NCBI GenBank assembly: GCA_965198225.1
Contig: CBDAOY010000008.1
Location: 352,001 to 416,000, forward strand
DNA length: 64,000 nucleotides
DNA from: Terriglobia bacterium
Lineage (GTDB): Bacteria > Acidobacteriota > Terriglobia > 20CM-2-55-15
Direction of reading: 5' to 3'
Numbering within the stretch: the stretch's first letter is position 1; every line of letters begins with the position of its first letter. A program made the translations under genes and the position numbers. A model generated the notes under the pieces. It did no database searches, was not told the DNA's origin, and saw only the letters and a program-made list of their open reading frames with translations. Positions 54,071-64,000 of this stretch are shown here, piece after piece.

Positions 54071-54142
54071 GGCGCCGTACCCAAGTGGTAAGGGAGAGGT
54101 CTGCAAAACCTTTATGCATCGGTTCGAATCCGATCGGCGCCT
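54071..54142 (+). tRNA. tRNA-Cys (GCA)
   Basis: GGCGCCG acceptor stem, GAGGT-CTGCAAA-ACCTT anticodon arm, GGTTCGAATCC, U discriminator. Confidence 0.95.
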
Positions 54143-54453
54143 CTAGAAAAGAGAGGGCTTACGAAGCCCGGCGTTTTTGACGGGCTTTTTTAATGCAGTG
54201 AAGGGTTGTCTGGCAACGGTCAGATGATCAAAAAAATGCCCCCGTTTCGTCCGGAGACGAGGGCCGGGAACGGAGGCAGGAAGAACGGAAAACGTATGTT
54301 CATCACACCACGGAGTCATTCTACCGCTCCTGGAGAGTCGGGTGGAATCCGCTGAATGGACCAATTTCTAGCGCAAATGCTCTATTTTGTTGAAGCTTTG
54401 GGGGCACATGCCCGGTTGGGTTTCTGTAAGGTGCGGGCCGGGTGTGGTTCGAC

Positions 54454-54945
54454 CTATGGTCGAGAAACAGGTTGGATCCAATCCTCGGAGACCCATCCCA
54501 CTTTGCCCCGATGCGCGCCGGATTGGATCCGCACGCGAACGAACGTCACCCGGATGTCGATGACTCGGACCCGGGTTGCGTTTTCGACCTTGAAGGCCTT
54601 TCCGGCCCCCAAGAGGGTGTCGTAGGCGACCTTGGCAGATTTCAGTTCCAGAAGGGTTTTGGGAAACTCCTCATCGGACACGACGTAGATGGGCCCGCGA
54701 CTGCGAAGTTCAGCCGGGTTGCCTCTGGCGAGACGCTCTACCGGGGAATCGGAAAAAACGGCAAACATCACGAGGCCCACGATGATGAGCGTTGGAACCG
54801 CAATGATCACGGCACAACCGAACGGAGTGACACCGAAGACTCTGTCAGTGGATGTTGGATGGGCAGGGTGGTGGCCCGACTCGTCGTGGGAGTGATGTTC
54901 GTCGACCATGATTGCCGGGACCGCTCCGGTCGCGTGCGGTCCCAT
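54454..54945 (-). CDS. Hypothetical membrane-anchored protein with His-rich N-terminus and SH3-like C-terminus
   Basis: DEHHSHDESGHH, one TM helix, TRVRVID...VRVRIQSG...GKVGWV. Confidence 0.6.
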   Translation of the reverse strand: MGPHATGAVPAIMVDEHHSHDESGHHPAHPTSTDRVFGVTPFGCAVIIAVPTLIIVGLVMFAVFSDSPVERLARGNPAELRSRGPIYVVSDEEFPKTLLELKSAKVAYDTLLGAGKAFKVENATRVRVIDIRVTFVRVRIQSGAHRGKVGWVSEDWIQPVSRP

Positions 54946-55005
54946 ACAATCATGTGCCGTATTGGAATCGATGGGCCTTATCGACCACCGCGGCAGGGTG
55001 CTTCG

Positions 55006-55488
55006 CTACTCGGGTAGCGGATCATTGCTGCTGAACATGTTGTGGGCGAGTTTCCAGGTGCCATCCATTTGTCTTCGCACGACGTTCAGGTATTTTCCGT
55101 TCAGGACAACGGGGTCGCCCTCTTCCGGGATGATAGTCAGAACGTAGTTGCCTCGTGCCACGGCGATGTCACCGCTCAGGATCACGTCTTCCTGGGTAAT
55201 CGAGATCTCGGGCGTGCCTTGTGAGAATGTGTTCTCCATCGCGAGGCGCACACCATCGATTCCGACGGTCGACGGTGCGTTCGGGGGCATTCGAACGGCC
55301 TGCTCGTCGTAGAAGGCGACGATGCCGTCGACGTCAGCGGCGTTGAAAGCGGCCTCATAAGGTTCGATCATTCCTTCGATCATCGCGCGATCTTCGGCTG
55401 TCGTGTCCGCTGGTTCCTCGGGTGCCGGTGGAGGCGCGCAGGAAACCGCGAGCAGACACAGGAAGGCGACGGCAACTGGAAACTTCAT
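55006..55488 (-). CDS. NTF2-like (DUF4440/SgcJ-like) lipoprotein
   Basis: RBS AAGGAG; lipobox LAVSC; AFNAADVDGIVAFY...MPPN...GKYLNVVRRQMDGTWK. Confidence 0.85.
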   Translation of the reverse strand: MKFPVAVAFLCLLAVSCAPPPAPEEPADTTAEDRAMIEGMIEPYEAAFNAADVDGIVAFYDEQAVRMPPNAPSTVGIDGVRLAMENTFSQGTPEISITQEDVILSGDIAVARGNYVLTIIPEEGDPVVLNGKYLNVVRRQMDGTWKLAHNMFSSNDPLPE

Positions 55489-55535
55489 GGTTTCTCCTTT
55501 ACCCCATTCACGGGGCGTCAGTTCATGGATGGCCG

Positions 55536-55853
55536 CTACAGTAGGACGGCGACCCCAATCGCCACCAACACTCCACCGGCCAGGACCAGGTTCCAGACGC
55601 GCTGCCGCTTCTGGATCTGAACAAGCGCCTCGTCCTGCGCATTGAGCATCTGGACCAGCATCTCCATGTTCCGGTCGACCACCCTCATGCGCTCTTCGAG
55701 AAAGGCCCGAACCTGGTCGATGTTCTGCATCTGCTTCAGATCCTGCTGGCGAGTCTTGAAAGCGCTTTCTTTCAGGTCGTTGATGATGTCCTGCCCGACT
55801 TCGGTCGAAGCGGCTTCCTGCATCAGACCGAGTGCCAATCTAAGCCAGCTCAT
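55536..55853 (-). CDS. Hypothetical coiled-coil protein with C-terminal TM anchor
   Basis: Start MSWLRLAL overlaps the upstream gene's end; helical body; terminal VWNLVLAGGVLVAIGVAVLL. Confidence 0.6.
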   Translation of the reverse strand: MSWLRLALGLMQEAASTEVGQDIINDLKESAFKTRQQDLKQMQNIDQVRAFLEERMRVVDRNMEMLVQMLNAQDEALVQIQKRQRVWNLVLAGGVLVAIGVAVLL

Positions 55854-56526
55854 CGTCGTAAAACTCCAATGGATCGAGGCGGTATTGAGCCCATTCCCAT
55901 GGCTCCGCTGAGGCTTCGAAATAGTCCACGATATCGTCGCCCGCGATATCCAGGGCGGTAGGTATGCTCTGCAGCGCGGCACTCACGAGGGCGCGATCCT
56001 CGGGCCTGCGGAAATGTGCGAGCAGGTTCAACACGTGGCCTCGGAGCGTTCCGGCGGCCTGTGGTTCCGCCAACCGCTCGCGGAATGACTGCAGGATCGT
56101 GTCGCGCTGCGAGGGGTCGAGGACGGCGATCCCTTCCATCCCCGAGGCGGCGACGGAACGGACGGCCGGTTCCAGGCGGCTGTCCTCGAGGATCGAAAGC
56201 AGCGCTGGGGTGGCTTCGGATCCGATTCGGGCGAAGGCGAGCGGCAGTTCCTCGAGCACGTCCTCGTGGCGGGTGCCGTATGCCAGGAAGATCGCATCGC
56301 TCATCCCATCGACAGCCACCGGGGATTTCATCGCTCCCAACAGTTTCACGGCGTGAAACACCGCTATACGGCCCGCCTCTTCGGTGTGCCACAGGCGGAC
56401 GTTGCGGATCAACCTGACGAGGTGTTCGGCCATGGAGGCACCTTGGCCCAGAATCTCGGCGATCGTCTGTTGTGAGAGGCGGGTTTCTCCCCTGAGAAGC
56501 TGCGCCAGTAGTTCTCGGTCTTCCAT
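55840..56526 (-). CDS. HEAT-like repeat protein (DUF1186-like)
   Basis: HAVKLLGAM, VLEELPLAFARIG, VRSVAASGM, C-terminal DPLEFYD. Confidence 0.65.
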   Translation of the reverse strand: MEDRELLAQLLRGETRLSQQTIAEILGQGASMAEHLVRLIRNVRLWHTEEAGRIAVFHAVKLLGAMKSPVAVDGMSDAIFLAYGTRHEDVLEELPLAFARIGSEATPALLSILEDSRLEPAVRSVAASGMEGIAVLDPSQRDTILQSFRERLAEPQAAGTLRGHVLNLLAHFRRPEDRALVSAALQSIPTALDIAGDDIVDYFEASAEPWEWAQYRLDPLEFYDDELA

Positions 56527-56566
56527 CGTGCCTAACTATACCAAGCCATCGGGCCTTCGGTCGGAA

Positions 56567-57295
56567 TCACGCTACACCAACGGGTTCGGCCAGCCAGACT
56601 TCCGTCGTGTACTGCATGTCGAGCACCGGTTGATCCTCCATGATCCGCCCGAGCTCTTTCTCGAATTCCAGAAACCGAACCTCACCGATGCTCCTGATGT
56701 AGGAAGTACTCCGTGCCAGCCCCTTCCAGTCTTCGACGCTCATCGGTTGCGTGTGACTGTAGGGCTGATGACCGACTTGCTTGAAGATGCCGTCTTCTTC
56801 GAGAACGCGTGTCCAATCCTTGTTCCGGTAGGCGCAATCGTGCACCGGATTAAATCGCTTGATCAGCCGTTCGTATGCCTGCTGATGGGGTGGTTCCGTA
56901 TCGCGGGTGTTCCAGGCGAGCGCGAGGTGTCCCGACGTCTTGAGGATGCGCCGGAATTCTCTCAAAGTTTCTGCAGTCGCGAACCAGTGGAACGACTGGG
57001 GACACAGTACCAGGTCTGCGACCGAGGCATCGAGGGGGAGGGCTTGGGCAAATGCGATGACCCGGTCGGGCTGGGGCGCCCGGCGCAGCATGTTCTCTGC
57101 GGCGTCGATCGCGATTACTCGAACACCCCGTTCGAGGAACACCCTCGATCCCTTGCCCGTGCCCGCGCCGACGTCAACGATCAGCGACGAGGGCACGAGT
57201 GCGCATCGTTCCGCGACAAAATCGTACAATTCCGGGGGATAGCCTGGACGATAGGCGTCGTAATCGTCGGCGCAGTACTCGAAGGGAAGCTTCAT
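56567..57295 (-). CDS. Class I SAM-dependent methyltransferase
   Basis: YDAYRPGYP, VDVGAGTGK, QSFHWF, RRILK. Confidence 0.9.
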   Translation of the reverse strand: MKLPFEYCADDYDAYRPGYPPELYDFVAERCALVPSSLIVDVGAGTGKGSRVFLERGVRVIAIDAAENMLRRAPQPDRVIAFAQALPLDASVADLVLCPQSFHWFATAETLREFRRILKTSGHLALAWNTRDTEPPHQQAYERLIKRFNPVHDCAYRNKDWTRVLEEDGIFKQVGHQPYSHTQPMSVEDWKGLARSTSYIRSIGEVRFLEFEKELGRIMEDQPVLDMQYTTEVWLAEPVGVA

Positions 57296-57318
57296 CTCGC
57301 GGCGATCAGCAGTGGCTC

Positions 57319-57966
57319 ATGGAAGACAAGGACATCGCTCGGATTCTCCGAATCCTCCGGAAAAGGGTCCGTGATTGGCCTGTCCCGGCGATAGGGCACT
57401 ACACGCGTACACCGTATACCGTGCTGGTTTCCTGCATTCTCAGTCTGAGAACTAAGGATCGGACGACGACCGGGGCCAGTGAGAGGCTGTTCGAGATTGC
57501 CGACAACCCGCGGGCGATGCTCGAGGTTCCGATCCGGGAGATCGAGAAGCGGATCTATCCGGTCTCGTTCTACCGAGTTAAAGCCCGGACCCTGCATGAC
57601 ATTTCGGCCCGGCTCATCGATCGGTTCGACGAAAAAGTGCCCGATAACCTGGACGATCTTCTCACACTTCCCGGAGTCGGCCGCAAGACCGCGAACATCG
57701 TCGTTACCCTCGCGTTCCGAAAGCACGGCGTCGCGGTCGACATCCACGTCCACCGGATCTCGAACCGACTCGGGTACGTGCGGACAAAGAACCCCGACGA
57801 AACCGAGATGGCGCTTCGCGAGAAGCTACCGCGGAGGTACTGGATCGAGATCAACGATCTGTTTGTTGCATTCGGCCAGAATCTCTGCAAGCCGACCAGC
57901 CCGCACTGTTCGATATGTCCAGTAGAGAAGTACTGCGAACGTGTCGGTGTCACCCGAAGTCGCTGA
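57319..57966 (+). CDS. nth: Endonuclease III
   Basis: HhH LPGVGRKTAN, VDIHVHRISNR, FCL motif CKPTSPHCSICPVEKYC. Confidence 0.95.
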   Translation: MEDKDIARILRILRKRVRDWPVPAIGHYTRTPYTVLVSCILSLRTKDRTTTGASERLFEIADNPRAMLEVPIREIEKRIYPVSFYRVKARTLHDISARLIDRFDEKVPDNLDDLLTLPGVGRKTANIVVTLAFRKHGVAVDIHVHRISNRLGYVRTKNPDETEMALREKLPRRYWIEINDLFVAFGQNLCKPTSPHCSICPVEKYCERVGVTRSR

Positions 57967-57984
57967 TCGACTCGGCGCGAGGCC

Positions 57985-58356
57985 TCAGTTCCGGGCTCGC
58001 ACGAGCTGCGCCATTCGCTCGAGCATGCCCAGAGGCAGTTGGGTGTATTCCGAGGCGGACACCAGGTCCGAGGGCTGGCAAATCTCGAGCGGGTCGTCGA
58101 GAACGTGGCGGCACGCGTTGCACCCGTCCGTGGCGTACACGATTCTGTTTTCGATCGAGTAGGCGATCAGCCGGGTAGAGGCGCTGTCGCGAAGGGGATG
58201 TCCGTCTTCTTCATACCCCGTTGGTTCGGCGAGCCACAGTTCCGGTTCACTCCTGCGCTCCGCGGCGACCATCTGGAGCAGCGACTGAACATCGAAGTCG
58301 ACGAGCCTGCGCGCCTCGTCGTGAAGCTCCTGTTCCGTAGTGTAATGGACTTTCAT
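57985..58356 (-). CDS. Hypothetical protein with a CxxC motif
   Basis: ATG ORF of 123 aa with protein-like composition; YATDGCNACRH. Confidence 0.65.
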   Translation of the reverse strand: MKVHYTTEQELHDEARRLVDFDVQSLLQMVAAERRSEPELWLAEPTGYEEDGHPLRDSASTRLIAYSIENRIVYATDGCNACRHVLDDPLEICQPSDLVSASEYTQLPLGMLERMAQLVRARN

Positions 58357-58399
58357 TCGTCAAACAGTTCCCTCGGCAACCGGCGCTTACTCCACACTG

Positions 58400-58543
58400 G
58401 TGTAGGTGCGGTCTATGACCGCACGTTTTCTCTTGAACAATGATTTCGTGCGCTCATAGGGCGCACCGATACGAATGATTTCGTGCGCTCATAGAGCGCA
58501 CCTACACGAATGATTTTGTGCGCTCATAGAGCGCACCTACACG
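58400..58543. repeat. GTAG-REP followed by three tandem 35 bp inverted-REP units
   Basis: REP at 58400-58424; units aatgatt(t/c)gtgcgctcatagagcgcacctacacg starting at 58439, 58474 and 58509. Confidence 0.88.
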
Positions 58544-58592
58544 TCCCAGGCTGTTTACCATTCAGAAACCTCCGCCTCGCCGGCTTCTCCCT

Positions 58593-60881
58593 TCATTTTT
58601 CCAACTCTCCGGCCACGATATTGAGCGAACCCAGCGCAGCGATCGCGTCGGAAATGTAGCCGTTCCGGATCATTTCGTTGAACGCCTGGAAGATGTAGAA
58701 ACAGCTGCCGCGACACCGTAGCCTGTAAGGCGTCTTGCCGCCATCGCTGACCAGGTAGAAGCCCAACTCGCCGTTGGCCGCTTCCCAGTAGGAGTACACT
58801 TCGCCCATCGGAGGGCGAATGCCGTCCTGAATCAACTCGAAATGATTCATCAGGTCTTCGATGTTGGTATACACACCTTCCTTGGGCGGCAGGCTGATGC
58901 GGCGGTCGTCGATTTGAACGGGACCCTCTGGCAGATTGTCCAGAGCCTGTTCGATGATCTTGAGGCTCTGACGGATCTCCTCGATGCGTACCAGGTAACG
59001 ATCGTAGATGTCGCCTCGGTCGCCAACCGGAATCTCAAAATCAAACTGATCGTAGTCGTAGTTCGGGAACCATTTCCGGATGTCGTAAGGCACCCCGGCG
59101 GCCCGGAGCGCCGGTCCCGTGAATCCCCAGTCGATCGCGTCATCGGCCGAGATCGGTGTGACACCCTGGGTTCGCGCCTTGAACAGCGCGCTGTGCCGGT
59201 TCATCCGCTCGATATCGTCGACGTACTTCGGTATCGACCGCAGAACATCCCGAGCCCGCGTAACGAAGTCCGTGGGCAAATCCGCCGACACGCCGCCGAT
59301 ACGCACGTAGCTGACCGTCAAACGTCCGCCGCAGCAGGACTCGATCAAGTCGTAGATCTCCTCGCGGGGCCTGAACGCGTACCAGAAATTCGTAATCGCC
59401 CCGAGGTCGACCAGGTTGGTGCCGATGCAGACCAGGTGATCGGCGATCCGGCTGAACTCCGAGAGGATGACGCGGATGTACTGCGCCCTTTTCGGAATCT
59501 CGACGCCGAACATCTTCTCGACCGCCATCGCGTAGGTGACGCCGTTCATCATCGCGGACATGTAGTTGAGTCGATCGGTGAATGGGATGACCTGCCAGTA
59601 GGTATGGGTTTCCGACATCTTCTCGAAGCACCGGTGAAGAAAACCGATCTCGGTGTCGGAATCGATGATGCGCTCACCGTCCGTGGCGACTTGCAGCCGG
59701 AAGGTGCCGTGCATGGCCGGGTGCTGTGGACCGAGGTTGAGGATCATCGGTTCCGGACGACCGTTTGCCTCTGCATGCCTCCGGGCGCGCTCGACCACCG
59801 GCAGGTCGATCGTTTCGGAACAGAGAGTCCGCTTGCCCGGCGGGAAGTCCCGACGAAGCGGATGTCCCTCGAACTGGGAATGCGTCAGAATCCGCCGTAG
59901 GTCCGGGTGGCCTTCGAATTCGATGCCGAACATGTCATAGGCTTCCCGTTCCGCCCAGTCAGCCGCCTTCCAGACGTCGACCGCCGTAGCGATCTTCGGA
60001 TCATCGCCCCCTACAGGTACCTTGAGGCGCAGTCGGTGCTTCGTCGAGAGCGACAGCATGTGATAGACGACGTCGTAGCGCCGCTCCCGCTGATCGAGGT
60101 GGTCGAGGGCTGTGACATCGAGCAGCATCTTGAAGTCGAATGCCGGGTCGTCCTTGAGCGTGCGGAGCACCTTCTTGATGTTGTCGGGCCGGACAGAAAT
60201 CGACAGGTCGCCGCGGAACTCCCGCATTCCGATCAATTCATCCGGATGCTTTTCCCGGAATGCATTCGCGATCGGGGAGTCCAGTTCCTGCTTGTCCTCC
60301 AGAAAGCGGACCAGCGACCGCGAGGGTGGATTCAAACCGTGAACCGTGGCGTCGATCTCCGGAAGCTTGAGTGTCTGCTGTCGGGGGTGTCGCTCATAAG
60401 ACTTGCGCGTGTCGGTTTCGATCTGTTTCTGAAGCTTGATAATCGCGTCGAAGACGGCCTCCGGGACGGGCGGGCAGCCAGGTATGTAGACGTCGACCGG
60501 AATGATCTCGTCGATCCCCTGCATGACATGGTAGGCGCGGTAGAAACCGCCGCAGGTCGCGCACGCGCCCATCGAGATCACCCATTTGGGTTCGGCCATC
60601 TGGTCGTAAATCTTTTTCAGTACGGGTCCCATTTTGTCGTTGATGGTCCCCAGTACCATCAAGACATCAGCCTGGCGGGGCGAGAAGCGAACGACCTCGG
60701 CGCCGAAGCGCGCGACGTCGTAGTGGGCGCCGGCGACGGCCATGAACTCGATGGCGCAGCAGGCGGTACCGAACGGGTAGGGCCAGAGAGAACTCTTCCG
60801 GGCCCAGTTGGACAGGGCGCCGACAGTAGTCGTCAGGAAGTTGCCGTGCTCGGTCTCCCCTGCGTCTTTGAGCTCACGCAT
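58593..60881 (-). CDS. nuoBCD: NADH-quinone oxidoreductase fused subunits B/C/D
   Basis: Nuo[22 protein letters not shown]; Nuo[23 protein letters not shown]; Nuo[18 protein letters not shown]; one uninterrupted ORF. Confidence 0.93.
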   Translation of the reverse strand: MRELKDAGETEHGNFLTTTVGALSNWARKSSLWPYPFGTACCAIEFMAVAGAHYDVARFGAEVVRFSPRQADVLMVLGTINDKMGPVLKKIYDQMAEPKWVISMGACATCGGFYRAYHVMQGIDEIIPVDVYIPGCPPVPEAVFDAIIKLQKQIETDTRKSYERHPRQQTLKLPEIDATVHGLNPPSRSLVRFLEDKQELDSPIANAFREKHPDELIGMREFRGDLSISVRPDNIKKVLRTLKDDPAFDFKMLLDVTALDHLDQRERRYDVVYHMLSLSTKHRLRLKVPVGGDDPKIATAVDVWKAADWAEREAYDMFGIEFEGHPDLRRILTHSQFEGHPLRRDFPPGKRTLCSETIDLPVVERARRHAEANGRPEPMILNLGPQHPAMHGTFRLQVATDGERIIDSDTEIGFLHRCFEKMSETHTYWQVIPFTDRLNYMSAMMNGVTYAMAVEKMFGVEIPKRAQYIRVILSEFSRIADHLVCIGTNLVDLGAITNFWYAFRPREEIYDLIESCCGGRLTVSYVRIGGVSADLPTDFVTRARDVLRSIPKYVDDIERMNRHSALFKARTQGVTPISADDAIDWGFTGPALRAAGVPYDIRKWFPNYDYDQFDFEIPVGDRGDIYDRYLVRIEEIRQSLKIIEQALDNLPEGPVQIDDRRISLPPKEGVYTNIEDLMNHFELIQDGIRPPMGEVYSYWEAANGELGFYLVSDGGKTPYRLRCRGSCFYIFQAFNEMIRNGYISDAIAALGSLNIVAGELEK

Positions 60882-60923
60882 AAGCGGACGATTCTAGCAT
60901 AGAGCGACCGCTTCTCCACCTAG

Positions 60924-61110
60924 GTGTAGGTGCGGTCTATGACCGCACAAATGACCAGGAATCAAAGAGATGGGCTGATCGGCGACTGTCGACTCGCGGG
61001 CATTTCTGCTTAGCCAACACCCGGGGACAGGGCCAGGCCCCTGTCCCCCTCACAGTGGCTCTCTCGCGGATCGTTTCGCTAGCAACAACGGCCTACGGAC
61101 AACGGCCTAC
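60924..61110. repeat. Mosaic of three repeat families (GTAG-REP, GGGGACAG hairpin, AACGGCCTAC heptamers)
   Basis: REP 60924-60948; ggggacagggccaggcccctgtcccc 61023-61048; caacggcctacggacaacggcctac ~61084-61110. Confidence 0.8.
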
Positions 61111-61118
61111 TTCTTCTA

Positions 61119-64000
61119 CTACGGTTCATAACTCAGGTTGGGGCCCAGCAGGCGTTCGATTGTTGCCAGATCCGTACCCTTGCGGCGTCGGTAATCCATG
61201 ACCTGGTCCCGACCGATCTTACCGACGCTGAAATAACGGGCGAGGGGGTGTGCGAAGTAGAGGCCGCAGACGGCGCTGCCGGGCACCATCGAAAAACCTT
61301 CGGTCAGGCAGATGCCTGCTCGAGCCTCCGCTTCGAGCAGTTCAAACAACGTCTGCTTTTCGCTGTGGTCGGGCTGTGCCGGATAACCTGGTGCGGGCCG
61401 AATCCCACGGTAGGCTTCCCGGATCAGTTCGTCGGGAGCCAGGTTTTCGTCCAGGCCGTAGCCCCAGTCCTGTCGGACTTTCCGGTGGAGCCATTCGGCG
61501 AAGGCCTCGGCGAGGCGATCGGCCAGCGCCTTCGACATGATTGAATTGTAGTCGTCATGATCGGCCTCGAACCTCGCGCATAGCTCATCGAGCCCGTGGC
61601 CGCTCGTCACAGCGAACGCCCCGAGGTAGTCGGCGAGACCCATCTCGCCCGGGGCGATGAAGTCCGATAGCGCCAGATTGGCCTCTTCTGCCGGTCGGAC
61701 GAGCTGCTGTCTCAACATGTGGAATCGGGCTCGGATGGTTGTCCGTGCCTCGTCGGTGAACACCTCGATATCGTCGCCGACGCTGTTGGCGGGGAAGAAG
61801 CCGTAGACGCCGTCCAGCTTCAGCAAACGCTCTCCGACGATCTTTGCCAGCAACTCTTGCCCGTCAGACAGAAGCTCCTTCGCACGGGGGCCGACCACAC
61901 CGTCCTCCAGGATCCTCGGGTAGAGACCTTTCAACTCCCAGGCGTGGAAGAACGGGGTCCAGTCGATGCAGGGAACGACGTCATCGGGCGAAACCTTGAC
62001 CTCGCGAAGCCCGAGGAAGCCGGGTCTGGCGATGTCGCCTTCCTTCCAATCGATCGGTGCGCGCCGCTCGCGCGCGGCCTGGACGGAGAGCAGATGATCC
62101 CGCGACATTCTCTTCTCGTGGGCTGCTCGCGCTGCGGCCTGTTCTCGACGAACGTTGTCGATGAACGCCCGGCTCATATCCGTGCTCAGGAGGCTCCCGA
62201 CGGTTCCGACCGCCCGCGATGCATCCAACACGTGGACGACCGGCGGGCTGTAGCTCGGCGCGATCTTGACCGCCGTGTGCACCTTGCTTGTCGTGGCGCC
62301 TCCGATCAGCAGCGGCAATTCCATACCCTCGCGGGTCATCTCCCGGGCCATGTGAACCATTTCATCCAGCGATGGAGTGATCAGCCCGCTGAGGCCGATG
62401 ATGTCGACCGACTTCTCCCGTGCGGTTGCGAGAATCTTGTCGCTCGGTACCATCACGCCCAGGTCGATCACTTCGTAGTTGTTACAGGCGAGGACCACGC
62501 CGACGATGTTCTTGCCGATGTCATGAACGTCGCCTTTGACCGTGGCGAGCAGTATCCGTCCCTGGGAAGAGCCGGCTCTCTTCTCGTCCTCCATGAACGG
62601 CTCCAGGTAGGCGACCGCCTTCTTCATCACTCGCGCGCTCTTGACGACCTGCGGCAGGAACATTTTCCCGGAACCAAACAGGTCCCCGACGATGTTCATT
62701 CCGTCCATCAGAGGGCGTTCGATCAGCGCCAACGGACGGCCGTACTTCAATCGACCTTCTTCGGCATCCGCCTCGATATAGTCGACGATGCCGTGTACCA
62801 ACGCGTGCTTGAGACGCTCATCGACCGACTCGTTCCTCCAGGCGTCGTCCTTGCGGACGGGCGAATCGGGGTCGCTCTTGACGGATTCGGCAAACTCGAC
62901 CAGGCGTTCCGTCGCGTCTTCACGCCGGTTCAGAAGAACGTCTTCAACCCTCTCGAGCAGATCCTCGGGAAGATCCTCGTAAACCGCCAGCTGGCCCGCA
63001 TTGACGATTCCCATGTCCAGCCCTGCGGCGATGGCGTGGTAGAGGAACGCCGAGTGCATCGCCTCCCGAACAACATCGTTTCCCCGGAACGAGAAAGAGA
63101 CGTTGCTGATTCCTCCGCTGACCTTGACTTCTGGCAGAGAGGCCTTGATCCGACGCGTCGCTTCGATGAAGCTGACGGCGTAATCGTTGTGTTCCTCGAT
63201 TCCGGTCGCGACAGTCAGTACGTTGGGGTCGAAGATGATGTCTTCGGACGGAAAGCCGACCTGTTCGGTCAGGATGCGGTAAGCGCGACGGCAGATCTCG
63301 ACGCGTCGATCCGTCGTCGCTGCCTGGCCGGATTCGTCGAAAGCCATGACGACAGCGGCTGCTCCGTAGCGCCGGATGGCCCCGGCCTGGCGCTTGAATG
63401 CCTCTTCACCCTCCTTGAGGCTGATCGAGTTGACGATTCCCTTGCCCTGGATGCACTTCAGGCCTGCCTCGATCACCGACCACTTCGAACTGTCGATCAT
63501 GATCGGGACTCGGGCGATGTCAGGCTCCGAAGCGATGAGGTTGACGAATCGCGTCATCGCCGCCTCGGAATCGAGCATTCCCTCGTCCAGGTTGACGTCA
63601 ACGATCTGTGCGCCACCTTCGACCTGCTGGCTGGCGATGGCGAGCGCACCTTCGAACTCATCATTGAGGATGAGTCTGGCGAAACGCCGCGATCCCGTTA
63701 CGTTCGTGCGTTCGCCGATGTTGACGAAATTGATGCCTGCCTCGATGGTCAGCGGCTCCAGTCCGCTGAGGCGCATTCGCGGCTCTCGTTCCGGGCGCTC
63801 GCGTGGAGGCACGCCTCTGACGGTCGCGGCGATTTCGCGGATGTGCTCCGGACGGGACCCGCAACAGCCCCCGACGATGTTGAGCCATCCGTTCGTGGAA
63901 AACTCACCGAGGATCTCCGACATGTCGCCAGGCGTTTCGTCGTAACCTCCGAACGCGTTGGGCAAACCGGCGTTGGGATAACAGCTCAAGTAGACCGGAG
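61119..64000 (-). CDS. metH: Cobalamin-dependent methionine synthase (5' end outside window)
   Basis: [32 protein letters not shown]12-binding motif, RPAPGYP; frame open to the window edge. Confidence 0.97.
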   Translation of the reverse strand, partial: PVYLSCYPNAGLPNAFGGYDETPGDMSEILGEFSTNGWLNIVGGCCGSRPEHIREIAATVRGVPPRERPEREPRMRLSGLEPLTIEAGINFVNIGERTNVTGSRRFARLILNDEFEGALAIASQQVEGGAQIVDVNLDEGMLDSEAAMTRFVNLIASEPDIARVPIMIDSSKWSVIEAGLKCIQGKGIVNSISLKEGEEAFKRQAGAIRRYGAAAVVMAFDESGQAATTDRRVEICRRAYRILTEQVGFPSEDIIFDPNVLTVATGIEEHNDYAVSFIEATRRIKASLPEVKVSGGISNVSFSFRGNDVVREAMHSAFLYHAIAAGLDMGIVNAGQLAVYEDLPEDLLERVEDVLLNRREDATERLVEFAESVKSDPDSPVRKDDAWRNESVDERLKHALVHGIVDYIEADAEEGRLKYGRPLALIERPLMDGMNIVGDLFGSGKMFLPQVVKSARVMKKAVAYLEPFMEDEKRAGSSQGRILLATVKGDVHDIGKNIVGVVLACNNYEVIDLGVMVPSDKILATAREKSVDIIGLSGLITPSLDEMVHMAREMTREGMELPLLIGGATTSKVHTAVKIAPSYSPPVVHVLDASRAVGTVGSLLSTDMSRAFIDNVRREQAAARAAHEKRMSRDHLLSVQAARERRAPIDWKEGDIARPGFLGLREVKVSPDDVVPCIDWTPFFHAWELKGLYPRILEDGVVGPRAKELLSDGQELLAKIVGERLLKLDGVYGFFPANSVGDDIEVFTDEARTTIRARFHMLRQQLVRPAEEANLALSDFIAPGEMGLADYLGAFAVTSGHGLDELCARFEADHDDYNSIMSKALADRLAEAFAEWLHRKVRQDWGYGLDENLAPDELIREAYRGIRPAPGYPAQPDHSEKQTLFELLEAEARAGICLTEGFSMVPGSAVCGLYFAHPLARYFSVGKIGRDQVMDYRRRKGTDLATIERLLGPNLSYEP

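Noticed and set aside
54143-54360. Second integrase relic downstream of tRNA-Cys (RKTYVHHTTESF)
   Set aside because: Similarity too short and weak; only a terminator-like hairpin at ~54165-54192 is evident
58439-58543. Three 35 bp repeats resembling a CRISPR array
   Set aside because: Units are head-to-tail with no unique spacers, are REP copies found elsewhere in the window, and no cas genes are present
58593-60881. Group 4 [NiFe]-hydrogenase
   Set aside because: The large-subunit part lacks the N- and C-terminal CxxC nickel ligands and has the NuoD GPQHP.HG motif

Overview
A GC-rich, gene-dense chromosomal segment, most likely from an Acidobacteriota genome. That assignment is inferred from three Acidobacterial-type VWFA proteins and the overall gene repertoire. 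Most genes are housekeeping: lipA (partial), an NfuA-like gene, recR-ybaB-dnaX with SRP RNA and tRNA-Ser, dnaK-dnaJ-hspR followed by a sigma-70 gene, a DnaC/IstB-like ATPase, CIRCE-controlled groESL, ligA, glgA, corA, panE, hemW, ltaE, ddl, cysS, nth, a fused nuoBCD, metH (partial), tRNA-Gly and tRNA-Cys. I found no CRISPR array, prophage or intact IS. Intergenic DNA is filled with several families of small palindromic repeats (GTAG-REP/REPIN, heptamer-periodic inverted repeats, a MITE). There is also a decayed IS1182-like fragment splitting a DUF309 gene and an integrase relic at tRNA-Gly. The best candidates for undescribed biology are: (1) an alternative sigma factor translationally coupled to hspR in the dnaK operon; (2) a stand-alone AT-rich small transcript with promoter, terminator and tandem NrdR-like boxes; (3) a STAS anti-anti-sigma protein with a CxxC-x14-CxxC insertion next to a hybrid kinase; (4) an orphan NuoB-C-D triple fusion. 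All family assignments come from motif recognition by eye; no database searches were run.
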